A stretch of 64,000 nucleotides of DNA from Deltaproteobacteria bacterium (GCA_021831785.1 JAKBMB010000028.1:162620-226619); one strand, 5' to 3'. Positions 7,477 to 18,108 are shown, counted from the stretch's first letter. Notes: generated by a model from the sequence alone, not told the origin. Made by a program: numbers and translations.

Positions 7477-9446
7477 CGCGCGCTCATCTCGTGCACCGCG
7501 TCGACCAGCGCGACGACGTGATCGACCGCGGTTTCCGGCAGGACACCGTGCCCCAGATTGAAGATATGGCCGGGCCGGCCGCCGGCTTGCTCGAGAATTT
7601 TTCGCGCTTTCTCCCTGAGCTCCGGAATGCCGGCCAATAGCGCCGCCGGGTCGAAATTGCCTTGGACGCCGACGCCGCCGCCTAGCCGCTCCCATGCTTG
7701 CCCGAGGTCAACCCGCCAATCGAGCCCGATTACGTCGCCCCCGGCCTCGCGCATCAACTCGAGCAGGCTTCCCGTGTCGCTGCCGAAATGGATCAACGGC
7801 ACGCCGGCGGGAATCGCCCTGATGACGGCGGCGGTGTGGGGCAGGACATAGCGCCGGTAATCGTCCGGCGCAAGGCTGCCCACCCAGCTATCGAAAAGCT
7901 GCACCAAGTCGGCGCCGGCCGCGATCTGCAGCTTCAAGCTTTCGGCGCTGATCCGCGACAAGAATTTCATCAGGCGCGTCCAGGTCGCCTCGTCGTTATA
8001 CATCATACGCTTGGTGCGCAGGTACTGGCGCGAGGCGGCGCCTTCAATCAGGTATGACGCCAGCGTAAACGGGGCGCCGGCAAATCCGATCATCGGGGTC
8101 TTGCCGCCTAGCGCAGCGCGCGCCAGCGCGATCGCTTCGGCGGTGGGGCCCAGCGCCTCGCCGACATCGACCCGCAATATGCGATCGAGGTCTTCGAACG
8201 CGCGCACCGGGCGCTCGATCACCGGGCCGTCGCCTTTTTCGTAACGCAGCCCGACGTCCATCGGCAAGAGCGGCAGCAAGATGTCGGAAAAAATTATCGC
8301 CGCGTCCACCCCCAGCCGCTCGACGGCTAAAACCGTGACCTCGGCCGCAAGCTCGGGCGTGCGGCACATATCGAGGAAACCGCAGCGCTCGCGCACGCGC
8401 CGGTACTCCGGCAGGTAGCGCCCGGCTTGGCGCATCAGCCAGATGGGCGTGAACGGCACCCGCTCGCGCCGACAAGCTCTCATTAGCGGATGCTCAACCA
8501 GCGTTGTCTCGGAGGCTTGGCGCGCGCCTTCGGGCCGGTTGAGCGCGGGCGGGCGCGCAAGCCCGATCGCGACGCGGCGGCGATGTTTTTCTCGCAGAAT
8601 CTCGGGCGCGCGGCCGACCGCGTCTTTCACCAGATGGTCGAGCGTTGGACGCAGGGGCTGGATATCCACCACTAGTCCGTAGCGGCGGACCGCCTCCGCG
8701 CAGACCGGGCCTATAGAGCCGACGACGATCGCGTCCAGCGCCCGGCGAAGCTGGTCCTCGATTCCCTGAGCGCCGGCGAGCTGAAACAGATGGGTTACCT
8801 GCGCAGCGCTCGAGAAGAGCGCCACGTCGAATTCGCCGCCCAGCAGGCCCGCGAGCGCCTTGAGCAGCGGCGCGCGATTCTCGGGCAGCGCCCAACGGTA
8901 AACCGGCACCGTTCTCACGTGGGCGCCGCGCGCCTCAAGACCGGCGGTAAGATCGAGGTTGCTGACGCCGTATTCTTGAATCGCAACGCGCTTGCCGGCC
9001 AGCGGCAAGCGCTCGTCAAGCATGCGCAGAAGCTCGCGCCACGTACCGGGCTCCGGCACGCTGAGCGTCGCCGACAGCCCCAGTTCTTGCAACGCGAAGA
9101 CGGCCTTCGGGCCGCGCGCAACGGTCACGGTCCTGCCCAGCGCCGCAATCAGCGCGCCGCGGTCGTAGCGTCCTTCGAGCAGGGTTAACAGCGCCTTGAC
9201 GCCGGCGCCGGTCAAAAAAATGACCACGTCGAACCGGTCCGCCAGCAGCAGCTCGGCAAAAACCGGCGCCGCGCCGTTCTCTTCCACGCCGACCAGACGC
9301 ATCGCCGGCGCGAGCGCGACCTGCGCGCCTACGCGCTCGGCCAGCGCGCGCAGCTCCTCCGCCATGCGGCTTTCGAAGGCGACCACCCTGAGACCTTCAG
9401 CGCCGGCGGGCTCGCCGTCGCGAGTATGCTCAGCCAAAGTGCGCAT
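7473..9446 (-). CDS. hemE: bifunctional uroporphyrinogen-III synthase (N-terminal HemD) / uroporphyrinogen decarboxylase (C-terminal HemE) fusion
   Basis: N-terminal ~300 aa have HemD-like architecture; C-terminal half has PIWLMRQAGRYLPEYR and the rest of the UroD fold, in one 657-aa ORF. Confidence 0.8.
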   Translation of the reverse strand: MRTLAEHTRDGEPAGAEGLRVVAFESRMAEELRALAERVGAQVALAPAMRLVGVEENGAAPVFAELLLADRFDVVIFLTGAGVKALLTLLEGRYDRGALIAALGRTVTVARGPKAVFALQELGLSATLSVPEPGTWRELLRMLDERLPLAGKRVAIQEYGVSNLDLTAGLEARGAHVRTVPVYRWALPENRAPLLKALAGLLGGEFDVALFSSAAQVTHLFQLAGAQGIEDQLRRALDAIVVGSIGPVCAEAVRRYGLVVDIQPLRPTLDHLVKDAVGRAPEILREKHRRRVAIGLARPPALNRPEGARQASETTLVEHPLMRACRRERVPFTPIWLMRQAGRYLPEYRRVRERCGFLDMCRTPELAAEVTVLAVERLGVDAAIIFSDILLPLLPMDVGLRYEKGDGPVIERPVRAFEDLDRILRVDVGEALGPTAEAIALARAALGGKTPMIGFAGAPFTLASYLIEGAASRQYLRTKRMMYNDEATWTRLMKFLSRISAESLKLQIAAGADLVQLFDSWVGSLAPDDYRRYVLPHTAAVIRAIPAGVPLIHFGSDTGSLLELMREAGGDVIGLDWRVDLGQAWERLGGGVGVQGNFDPAALLAGIPELREKARKILEQAGGRPGHIFNLGHGVLPETAVDHVVALVDAVHEMSAR

Positions 9447-9595
9447 AAGTACGCTTTCTGACCGGAATTATATTGCCCGCCAACCAGCTTGTATATCGGC
9501 GCCAAACAGCGAGGCGGCTTTTTGCCGATGGTAAATCATTCGAAGCAGCATAGCGGAGAGATGGGTTCTCTAGCTCGAACCGCGGGTTTAAAATT

Positions 9596-9763
9596 AACCC
9601 TGAAGCGAAAATAAGTCTTAGTGGGGCGGGCCGCGGTGCCCGCCAGTGCCCCGCGCGGGCAGGGCCACCCGCGCCACTGAGGCCCGCGGACCGGGCAACG
9701 TCCAACGCAGCAAAAAGAGGACTTCCGAGTTTTCATCGATGAAGTTATTTTCGCTTCAAGGTT
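9596..9763. repeat. MITE/REP-like element, family B copy 1 (TIR aaccctgaagcgaaaataag / ttattttcgcttcaaggtt; GC-rich palindromic core gtggggcgggc...)
   Basis: Terminal inverted repeats and core shared with 36563..36775 (inverted orientation). Confidence 0.8.
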
Positions 9764-9779
9764 AAGGTAAGAGGCGCAA

Positions 9780-10205
9780 GTGCGCCACGTGACGAGGTTT
9801 TTTCGCGAGCTGGACCATGTCGGTGACCTGGCGATTGAGGTCAACGCCCGCTCTCGCGCGGAGTTGTTTGCGCATGCTTTAGTGGCGCTGGCGCGGCTGA
9901 TGGTCGCGCAGCGAGGCATCAGGACGGTCGGGCGCCGCGAGCTTGAATGTGCCGCCGACGATGACTTCACTCTGATGCATGACGCACTGAGTCGTGCGCT
10001 CAACTTATTCTTGATTGACGGCTTCATCTGGCGCCGCGTCACGGTTGAAGAAAAGGGGCGGGGACTGGCGATTATCCTGTTTGGCGAGCAATACGATCGG
10101 ACCCGCCATGAGCTATTGGGCGAGATCAAGGGCGTGACCTTCCATCGCCTGTTCGTCGGCCAAGAGCACGGCGGTTGGCGCGCCGAGATAGTCTTCGACG
10201 TGTAG
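9780..10205 (+). CDS. archease (RtcB activator)
   Basis: 141 aa; N-terminal LDHVGDLAIEV and C-terminal EIKGVTFH...WRAEIVFDV archease signatures. Confidence 0.85.
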   Translation: MRHVTRFFRELDHVGDLAIEVNARSRAELFAHALVALARLMVAQRGIRTVGRRELECAADDDFTLMHDALSRALNLFLIDGFIWRRVTVEEKGRGLAIILFGEQYDRTRHELLGEIKGVTFHRLFVGQEHGGWRAEIVFDV

Positions 10206-10365
10206 CGGGCAAACGACGAATCGAGGCTGAGCCCATGAACAAGACCATCACGGTCGCCGCGCGCTCGAGACCTTCGCGGGCGTCGGCGCCGCTGATGGTG
10301 CCGGCCGCCATGGCGTCCGCGCACAAGGCGGGCCGGCGGCGCGGCGTCGGAGGACAGCATCAGTT

Positions 10366-11802
10366 ATGGAGCTAAAGCATATACGAGACTATCTGTGGGA
10401 GATTCCGCGCCACGGCGCGATGCGCGTGCCGGGGCGAATTTACGCCAGCAAATCGATGCTCGACGAGCTGCGCAATGACCCGGCGCTGAACCAGGTCGAG
10501 AATGTCGCCTGCTTGCCGGGGATTGTCGGTTATTCGCTGGCGATGCCGGATATTCACTGGGGCTACGGCTTCCCTATCGGCGGCGTCGCGGCGATCGACG
10601 CCGAACACGGCGTCATCTCGCCCGGCGGAGTGGGCTACGACATCAACTGCGGCGTGCGCCTGGTGCGAACCAGACTTAGGCGCGCGGATATCGAGCAAGA
10701 CATCGAGCGGCTGGCGGACAGGTTGTTCGAGACGATTCCCGCGGGCGTCGGTTCGCACGGCGCGATACCGTCGCTGGGTATCACCGAACTGAAGAAAGTC
10801 GTGCGCGACGGCGTCGGCTGGGCCGTTGCCAACGGCTACGCGCAGCCCGCGGACGTGGAGCGCATCGAGGAGGGAGGCCGTCTGGCGAGCGCCGATCCCG
10901 AGGCCGTGAGCGGCCAAGCTTATCAGCGCGGACAAAAGCAGCTCGGTACGCTGGGCTCGGGCAACCACTTCCTCGAATGCGGCGAGGTCGACCAGATCTA
11001 CCGGCCGGACGAGGCAGGGGCGCTGGGGTTGGAGCTCGGCCAGGTCACGGTCTTGATCCATACCGGCTCACGCGGTCTGGGCCATCAGACCTGCGACGAT
11101 TATCTCAAGGTGATCGACAAAGCGGCCGACCGCTATGGCATCAGACTGCCCGACCGCCAGCTCGCCGCGGCGCCGATCCAATCGCCCGAGGGCCAGGCGT
11201 ACCTGGCCGCGATGGCGGCGGCAGCCAACTTTGCCTGGTGCAACCGCCAGATGATCACGCACCTGGCCGAGCAAGCCTTCATGCAGGCGCTCCATCTCGG
11301 CCCGCGCGAGCTCGGCTTCGCCTTGGTCTACGACGTGTGCCACAACATCGCCAAGTTTGAAGAGCATCTGGTTGACGGCGCGCAAACCCGGCTCTGCGTG
11401 CATCGCAAGGGAGCGACGCGTGCTTTCGGGCCCGGTCATCCCGCGCTGGCGCGGTCGCTGCGTCCGCTCGGCCAGCCCGTTCTCATCCCCGGCGACATGG
11501 GGCGATACTCCTTTGTGCTAATCGGGCTGGAGCACGCGATGCGCGAAACGTTCGGCTCGACGTGCCACGGCGCGGGCCGCGTTCTAAGCCGGCATCAGGC
11601 CAAAAAGGCCGCTCGCGGCCGCGACCTTGTGGCGGAGCTCGCTCGCGCGGGAGTGGTGATCAGGGCGACGAGCCGCGCCACGATCGCCGAGGAGATGCCG
11701 ATGGCCTACAAGAACGTGGCTGATGTGGTCGAGGTGATGGAGGCGGCCGCGGTGAGCCGCAAAGTTGCGCGCCTTAAGCCTTTCGCCGTGATCAAAGGCT
11801 AG
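10366..11802 (+). CDS. rtcB: RNA-splicing ligase RtcB (3'-phosphate/5'-hydroxyl RNA ligase)
   Basis: GSGNHFLE, NCGVRL, HNIAKFEEH motifs; 478 aa. Confidence 0.9.
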   Translation: MELKHIRDYLWEIPRHGAMRVPGRIYASKSMLDELRNDPALNQVENVACLPGIVGYSLAMPDIHWGYGFPIGGVAAIDAEHGVISPGGVGYDINCGVRLVRTRLRRADIEQDIERLADRLFETIPAGVGSHGAIPSLGITELKKVVRDGVGWAVANGYAQPADVERIEEGGRLASADPEAVSGQAYQRGQKQLGTLGSGNHFLECGEVDQIYRPDEAGALGLELGQVTVLIHTGSRGLGHQTCDDYLKVIDKAADRYGIRLPDRQLAAAPIQSPEGQAYLAAMAAAANFAWCNRQMITHLAEQAFMQALHLGPRELGFALVYDVCHNIAKFEEHLVDGAQTRLCVHRKGATRAFGPGHPALARSLRPLGQPVLIPGDMGRYSFVLIGLEHAMRETFGSTCHGAGRVLSRHQAKKAARGRDLVAELARAGVVIRATSRATIAEEMPMAYKNVADVVEVMEAAAVSRKVARLKPFAVIKG

Positions 11803-11842
11803 CAGTAGTCTCATAAATGACCGTAAGGCCTGGATGTCGTTC

Positions 11843-12054
11843 TGAGAGTTGGTGAATTTTTGCGTAGTGGGGCGGGCCGGAGCCTGTTCTGAGCGAAGCC
11901 GAAGAATGCCCGCCATGATGCGCGGGCGCCAGGCCCGCGCGAGCAATGAATCACCGGCGGCCGGGCGGGCACGGCGGCCCGCCCCACTAGACACATCTCG
12001 GGCGCAGCCTACGGCGGCATGCGGTAGCGTGCCAAAAATTCACCGGCTCTGAGC
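11843..12054. repeat. MITE/REP-like element, family A copy 1 (TIR gagagttggtgaatttttg / caaaaattcaccggctctgag)
   Basis: ~212 bp; shares ends with 35122..35333 and 43775..43890 and the GC palindromic core with family B. Confidence 0.85.
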
Positions 12055-12164
12055 GCAACGAAGCATGGCGGGAAAGCGAAACTAGAAGCGGCCCAATCAA
12101 GCTTCGGCGAGCAGCCGCGAAGCGCAATGACGCGGGAGAACGCGCCGCCGCTTGGATAGCGCTC

Positions 12165-13763
12165 TCATCGCTTTTCGCGGTCGTCAGCGAGACCAGCTTG
12201 ACGGCCCTCGGCGGCAGCGGCGCGGCGGCCGTCGGCGGCAACGGCGCGCGTTAGCCAAAGGGCGGGGACAAACAGCAGCAGCGCAACCAGCGCTAAGGCC
12301 TGGTAGACGTTGTGAAACGCGAGTAGGTCGGCGCGGTTCCGGATGCCGGCGAGCAGCGCCGGTCGCTGCGCGGGCGCCACTTGCGAGAGCGCCGCGGCGG
12401 CGAGCAAGGACTGGTAGTGCGCGTGTCTGCGGCTCAGCAGCAGGTTGGTTGCCGCCGAAACCCCAAACGCCGAACCCATGTTCCTCATCATATTGAACAG
12501 ACCCGTCGCGTAACCCATGCGCTCGCGCTGCACAAACGACAGCGACAGCGCGGAGAGATTCGGAAATACCATCCCGGCGCCGACTCCCGACAGGAAGATC
12601 GGCCAGGTCAGCGCGTGCGAAGACGTATGCAGACCCCAGTGCGCCATTCGCCGGTTCGCGAACGCGATCGTAACGAAGCCCACGCCCACCAACGGGATGG
12701 TGCGATAGCCCATCCGCGAAAACTGCCCGACCAAAACCATCGAGGCCATCACGCCGAGCCCGCGGGCGGCAACCGTATACCCTGCCTTCGCCGGCCCATA
12801 GCCCATCAGTTGCTGAAGAAAAAGCGGGTTCATCAGGTTGACGCCGAAAACCACAAAAACCGTCATCACCAGCAGCGAGACACCCAGCCGGAACGAGCGC
12901 AGCTTAAAGACGCGAAGGTCGAGCACCGGGTTGGCGACGCGCGCTTCGCGAATCACGAGCAGGGTCAAAAACAGCGCCGAGCATGCGGTAAAGCCGACCA
13001 CCCACGGCGCCGCGAACCATCCCGAGCGCTGACCGCGGTCGAGCACGGTCTGTAAAAGGCCCAGCCCCAGTACCAGATACGCGATTGCCGGATAATCTAC
13101 CTTGCCTTGCGCCCGCGCGCCGCGGCGCAGATAGGGCGGGTCCTCGATAAACATGTAAACCAGCAGGAAGGCAAGCGCGCCTACCGGCAAATTGATGTAA
13201 AAGTTCCATCTCCAGTTCCAGTTCTCCGTGATCCAACCGCCTAGCGTGGGCCCCATCACCGGCGCCACCATCATGCCCATTCCCCATACCGCCATCGCCA
13301 GAGCGTGCTCGGCCGGAGGGAACACCTCCATCAGGATGGCCTGCGAGGTGGGCACCACGGCGGCCCCGGCCGCGCCCTGCACGAAGCGAAATACCACCAT
13401 CGCCGGAAGCGAAACCGCGGCGCCGCACAACGCCGAGGCCAGCAGGAAGGCCACTACCGAGCTTAAGAAGTAGCGCTTGCGCCCCATGCGCGCTGAAATC
13501 CATCCGGTCAGCGGAATTACGATCCCGCTGGAGACTAGATAAGAGGTCAAGACCCAACTGATGTGGTCCAAGTCGACGCCGAAGCTGCGCTGCATATAGG
13601 GCAGCGAAACGTTGACGATCGTGCTGTCGAGCAACGGCAGCAGGGCGGCGAGCATCACGCAAAACGCAATCAGCCATTTGCTGCGCGAAGGTCGCCACGC
13701 GGACGCCGCCGCGCTGGGCGCTGTAACTGCCATGCCTGGCCCCGCTTCAGCCCTGGTCGGCAT
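12165..13763 (-). CDS. MFS transporter, DHA2 (EmrB/QacA-like, 14-TMS) family
   Basis: 532 aa; hydrophobic; MFS motifs (GRKRYF, drug-efflux-like layout). Confidence 0.8.
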   Translation of the reverse strand: MPTRAEAGPGMAVTAPSAAASAWRPSRSKWLIAFCVMLAALLPLLDSTIVNVSLPYMQRSFGVDLDHISWVLTSYLVSSGIVIPLTGWISARMGRKRYFLSSVVAFLLASALCGAAVSLPAMVVFRFVQGAAGAAVVPTSQAILMEVFPPAEHALAMAVWGMGMMVAPVMGPTLGGWITENWNWRWNFYINLPVGALAFLLVYMFIEDPPYLRRGARAQGKVDYPAIAYLVLGLGLLQTVLDRGQRSGWFAAPWVVGFTACSALFLTLLVIREARVANPVLDLRVFKLRSFRLGVSLLVMTVFVVFGVNLMNPLFLQQLMGYGPAKAGYTVAARGLGVMASMVLVGQFSRMGYRTIPLVGVGFVTIAFANRRMAHWGLHTSSHALTWPIFLSGVGAGMVFPNLSALSLSFVQRERMGYATGLFNMMRNMGSAFGVSAATNLLLSRRHAHYQSLLAAAALSQVAPAQRPALLAGIRNRADLLAFHNVYQALALVALLLFVPALWLTRAVAADGRRAAAAEGRQAGLADDREKR

Positions 13764-13835
13764 TGTTTGACGTCACCACCATGCGGAGGTCAAAAAGCCG
13801 CGCCGTCCCAGACCCAGCGGCCAACGCTCGGCCCG

Positions 13836-15797
13836 CTAGCCATGCGGAACCACCGGTAGGTCGAGTCGCGACGGATAACCGGCGTTGTGCTCAAAGCGAA
13901 GCCGCGGCGGGTCGCCGCCGAACGAAGCGAAGTGATCGCAGTCGGTGCCGGCCAGCGCAAGCCTAATCCAGTGGCCGCGCCGGAACAGGTAGGAGGCCGG
14001 CAGCAGGTCGAAAATCAGCGACGCGGCCGCTCCCGGCACAAGCATCTCGCGGTCGCGGCTCAAAAAACTATGGTACGGAAGAAACCGCAGCACAGGTATA
14101 GGAGAAGAACTCGGATCGCCCAGCCTGCGGTCGCTCGCCCGCAGCTCGCCCTCGGTAACGTAACCTACCCTGCCGTCCGGGGCGACGTCTTCGAGGTAGG
14201 CGAAGAAGTTGCCGTCGCTAGCGGTCGAGCTAACGTAGAGCGTCACGATCGGATGGCCGGTGACTTCGACATCGGCAGCTAAAGCAAGCGTGTCGTAGGT
14301 CAGGAGCCGACGATCCGCCTGACGCCGATCGCCGTAGTCGAGACGAGAAGAGCCCCCACTGAACTCGGGACCCATCAGGGGCTCCCACCGCGAGTGCCGG
14401 CCGGTCCCCGCATGGTAATCGACCGTGTAAACATCGGCGCCCTCCGAAGCGGCGGGCCGCGACAAGGTCAGCGCGTGACCCGGACCAAGATAGTAACTGA
14501 CCGTGGTTTGATTGGGGAGCGGCCAGCGGCTGGCCGTCTTCCACTTCTCCTCCACCATCGTGTAATAAGTTATCGGCGGCCCGTCCGCTGCGCCGTTGCG
14601 GATACGGCGAAGGTGGCAGTCGAAAAAGCGCAGCAGCGCGGCACCCTGATCGAACTTCTCGCCCGTGTTCACGTTGCGGAAAACGCCGTGAATCCACGGC
14701 CCGATAATCAGCTTCTGAGGATTGGCGAGAGTGAGCAATCGGGCCAGCGCGCCGCGCGCGTAGGCCGCGTCAAACCACCCGTCGAAGCTGTAGACGGCCG
14801 CGCCCGAGGCCGCAATGGCCGCGGCATAGAAATCAGGGCTGGAAACGCCGGTGACACCCAGTCCGTCTTTGAAAGCGCGGTCGGCATGTTGACGCACCAC
14901 GGGGCTGAAGCCGTCCAAGACGCCGCCGGCCTCGGGCGGAATATCATCCCGATAAACCATCGCGTTGAGGTAAGTGTCCAGGCGGATGTTGTTATGCTGG
15001 GCCAGCGCCTGCTTAAGCATCAAGCCGTCCGGGTCCTCGTCGACCGGCTGGATTCCGCTCACCGCCAGGGGCAAGTACCAATGAAACTTGGAGTACGCGC
15101 CGACGTCCAGCTTCGCCATCAAGCTGCTCCAGGTGCGAATAAACCACGCCAGATACACGCCGCCCGGAAAGGCGGTGTCCTCATAGGTGTCCCAAAAGGC
15201 GAAATATGGCGCGATCGCTTTCACCGCCGGATTGCGATTGGCGAGCAAAAACTCGGCGGATTCGCCCGAGTATGACAGACCCGTCGCGCCCACGTTGCCG
15301 TTAGACCAGGGTTGGCGGACGATCCAATTAACGACCTCGTTGGCGTCGGCGATCTCGTCCGGTGACCAGGGGTAGGCGATGCTGCCGAAAGACGCGCTCG
15401 ACCCGCGCACGTCAATCTCCACCCAGGCGTAGCCGTGTTTGGCGAAGAAGCGCGCGTAAGGCGGTGACGTATCGGCCAACCAGCTTAGCGGCCGGCGCAG
15501 CCGGATGCGCCGGCCGTAGCGCGACTGTTCCAAAATCGCCGGGATTTTTCTTCCCGGCGCAAGACCCTTGGGCAGATACAAGTCGACCGCAATCTTGACC
15601 CCGTCGCGCATCGTCAGGTAGCGCGACGAGTAAACCGCGCCGCCATATTCGGCCGCAGAGTCGGCGCGATAGCGGTGCGCCTGGCTCTCGCGCGCCGACT
15701 GCGGCCCGGCTTGCAAAGGGCGGCCGGCGAGGCTAAGAGTTAGAAGAAGCCCTAGTCCTACCAGCGGCGAAAACGTTGCATGCCTTTGGCGGTTCAT
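13836..15797 (-). CDS. CocE/NonD-family alpha/beta hydrolase (S15 peptidase-like), secreted
   Basis: Signal peptide; GLSYSGESAEF nucleophile-elbow motif typical of the CocE/NonD family; 653 aa. Confidence 0.75.
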   Translation of the reverse strand: MNRQRHATFSPLVGLGLLLTLSLAGRPLQAGPQSARESQAHRYRADSAAEYGGAVYSSRYLTMRDGVKIAVDLYLPKGLAPGRKIPAILEQSRYGRRIRLRRPLSWLADTSPPYARFFAKHGYAWVEIDVRGSSASFGSIAYPWSPDEIADANEVVNWIVRQPWSNGNVGATGLSYSGESAEFLLANRNPAVKAIAPYFAFWDTYEDTAFPGGVYLAWFIRTWSSLMAKLDVGAYSKFHWYLPLAVSGIQPVDEDPDGLMLKQALAQHNNIRLDTYLNAMVYRDDIPPEAGGVLDGFSPVVRQHADRAFKDGLGVTGVSSPDFYAAAIAASGAAVYSFDGWFDAAYARGALARLLTLANPQKLIIGPWIHGVFRNVNTGEKFDQGAALLRFFDCHLRRIRNGAADGPPITYYTMVEEKWKTASRWPLPNQTTVSYYLGPGHALTLSRPAASEGADVYTVDYHAGTGRHSRWEPLMGPEFSGGSSRLDYGDRRQADRRLLTYDTLALAADVEVTGHPIVTLYVSSTASDGNFFAYLEDVAPDGRVGYVTEGELRASDRRLGDPSSSPIPVLRFLPYHSFLSRDREMLVPGAAASLIFDLLPASYLFRRGHWIRLALAGTDCDHFASFGGDPPRLRFEHNAGYPSRLDLPVVPHG

Positions 15798-17218
15798 CGC
15801 GCGTGTGCTCGTTTCTCGGCCGGCCTGTCAAGCTTGCCGCAAGGCGGCGAACAACGCTGCTGCTTGCGTGCTACCTAATTTTTGTTGCGCCGGCGCGGTT
15901 GGCATCTGCGGGCGACCCGAGATGTGCCACGTCCGCGCACGCCGAGAGCTACTGCGTGGGCGCGGCCAAATGCGACCTGACGCCGCGCACGCTTGAGCGC
16001 ATCTTCCTCGGCGGCTACGGTTTCGGCCCCATGCGCCCGGCCGCCGGCGTAGCCGGCCCGCTCTACGTCCGCGCCCTGGCGGTCGCGCGCGGCGGCGCTA
16101 CGCTGGTCTTCTGCGCGATCGACAGCCAGGGTCATTTCCTTGCCTATCGCAACGGCCCGTACGGATTTGCCGACATCCGCAGGCGCGTCGCCGCCGAACG
16201 GGCGGTGGCCGAGCCCGCCATCGTTGCCGCCTCCACGCACGACCACAGCGCGCCGGACGACACCGGGGTCTGGGGCGGAGTGCCGGTCAGCTACCTTAAG
16301 TACGTGAGCGAGCAGACCGTGGCCGCCATCGAGGAGGCCATCGACAGCGAGCGTCCGGCGCGTCTGGTCTGGGCCCGGATCGACACTGCGCCCTACAATC
16401 TGCTGCAAAACGTCCTGCCGCCCGCCTACCCCATCGATCCGGTCCTGCGCGTGCTCGCGGCGCGCGATGAGTGCAGCGGCGTTATCGCTACCCTGGTTAA
16501 TTTTAGCGCACACGCCGACGTGCTCGGACAAGGCAACCGGCTGATCGCGCCGGACTGGCCCGGCGCCGCGGCGGCGCTTGAGCAGGCGGCGCCCGGTTCG
16601 GTCGCGATCGTTATGGCGGGCTCAATCGGGCGCACCGAGCCGCTAACCGCGGCTGATACGGCGGGCGACGACTTTGCCGCCGTCCGCACCTATGGCCAAA
16701 CCGTGGCACGGCTGGCGTTGCGCGCATTGGATAGCGCGCACGCTGTGGCCGGGCCGATTGCTGCGAGCCAAACCGAATTGCATGAAGCGGTGACCAACCG
16801 GGCCCTGCGCAATCTCGATTTCGAGGCAAAGCCGAACCTCTGGACTCGAACGCTGGCAGCGATTCTGCCGGCGCGGCTGCGTTTGAGGCTGGGCTTTACG
16901 GCTTACGGGGAGCCGGGCATCGACCTGCTGCTGCGCGCTGACTCGCCGCCGTATCTGCGGGCGGGCGACCGGCTGCAGACCGTGGTCGGCGCGGCGCGCA
17001 TCGGCGATCTGTTCTTCGGCGCGGTGCCGGTCGAATCGTACCCCGAGACCGGTATCGTGGTCGGGCAGAGGGTTCGCGCGAGGGAGCACTTCATCATGAG
17101 CCTTGCCGAAGACCAACTAGGCTATGACCCGCCTGCGTATGCGATGCCGGTAGTGCAGGAGTGCAGCCCCCCGACGAGGAATTTTTTACCGTCAGCGCAG
17201 ACCTCGGCGCCGACGTGA
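15776..17218 (+). CDS. neutral/alkaline ceramidase-like hydrolase (secreted); start likely downstream of the annotated one
   Basis: GAAKCDLTP...GGYGFG...LYVRALAV and ASTHDHSAPD resemble ceramidase N-terminal-domain motifs; divergent overlap with the upstream gene suggests a later GTG/TTG start. Confidence 0.55.
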   Translation: MHAFGGSSRVCSFLGRPVKLAARRRTTLLLACYLIFVAPARLASAGDPRCATSAHAESYCVGAAKCDLTPRTLERIFLGGYGFGPMRPAAGVAGPLYVRALAVARGGATLVFCAIDSQGHFLAYRNGPYGFADIRRRVAAERAVAEPAIVAASTHDHSAPDDTGVWGGVPVSYLKYVSEQTVAAIEEAIDSERPARLVWARIDTAPYNLLQNVLPPAYPIDPVLRVLAARDECSGVIATLVNFSAHADVLGQGNRLIAPDWPGAAAALEQAAPGSVAIVMAGSIGRTEPLTAADTAGDDFAAVRTYGQTVARLALRALDSAHAVAGPIAASQTELHEAVTNRALRNLDFEAKPNLWTRTLAAILPARLRLRLGFTAYGEPGIDLLLRADSPPYLRAGDRLQTVVGAARIGDLFFGAVPVESYPETGIVVGQRVRAREHFIMSLAEDQLGYDPPAYAMPVVQECSPPTRNFLPSAQTSAPT

Positions 17219-17523
17219 CGCGCGCGCTCTTGTCGCAGGCACAAAAGCTAGGCTTTAGCGTGGCGGATACGTCGTACAGCGGGCTTTCAGGCGGGCCGGC
17301 CAAGCCGGTCTTCTGTCGCTAGCGATATTCCTGCCTGCCGGTGACGACCTGGCGTGCCGGTCACAGGCACCCACGCCCTACGGCTGCGAGCCCTGAGACG
17401 CTGTGCCTCACCGAGCCCATACCAGGACGCGCCGGTCAGGCGAAACAGCGCTCGAAACCACGATGAAGCCACGCGAGGGTTTGCCGCGGCGGACAAGATG
17501 CCCATGGAACAGGCGCGCGGGCC

Positions 17524-17736
17524 TTAGCCGACCTTTTCAGCCTTGCGTTCGGCGCCGTCGCCCGTCTCCGCGCTCTTCTTTTGCTCGGGCTCAGGCTCGC
17601 TGGTCGCGCGTTTGAAGTCGCGAATCGCCTTGCCCAGCGCGCCACCGATATCGCCCAGCTTGCTGGGGCCAAAGATGACCAGCACGATCAGCAAAAGGAT
17701 TAGCAAATGGGACGGAGCGAAAATATCCATAAACAC
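17524..17736 (-). CDS. tatA: twin-arginine translocase subunit TatA/E
   Basis: 70 aa; N-terminal TM helix then [23 protein letters not shown] amphipathic helix. Confidence 0.8.
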   Translation of the reverse strand: MFMDIFAPSHLLILLLIVLVIFGPSKLGDIGGALGKAIRDFKRATSEPEPEQKKSAETGDGAERKAEKVG

Positions 17737-18108
17737 CCTCCGTGGGGCGGCCTTTGCGGCGCCAACGGATTGCGGAAAAGCGATTTTACGCCGCTCTTCG
17801 AACGGTTCTCAGGGCGCTCAGACTCGGGCGTAAGCGCATTTGCGCGTTCCTCAAGACGGCTTTTCCCGCCTCCTGCCGAAACTTAAGCTTAATCCTAGCT
17901 ACAACCAACTGCAACCGTTACCAACGTTGTTGGCAGCTAGGGCAGCGCGCCGAGATGCTGGCCGGGCAACCGCTCCCGGCGGCGCCTGGGCGAACCCCAG
18001 TCCTACTGGCGGCAGCGCCTGACGTGACGCCGCCCGACCCACATTGCTAGCCGAGGCACCGGTGCGAGGTGGGCTTCGGTGGCTTTATGCCACGCCATGC
18101 ACGCGACC

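Noticed and set aside
6535-7695. Full 386-aa hemH ORF with Arg-rich N-terminal extension
   Set aside because: The extension overlaps the 3' end of hemDE by >200 nt and is poly-Arg junk. A GTG overlapping the hemDE stop gives a canonical-length ferrochelatase.
9536-10360. 274-aa minus-strand ORF overlapping archease
   Set aside because: Overlaps a clear archease gene on the + strand; Ser/Arg-rich low-complexity translation; no RBS.
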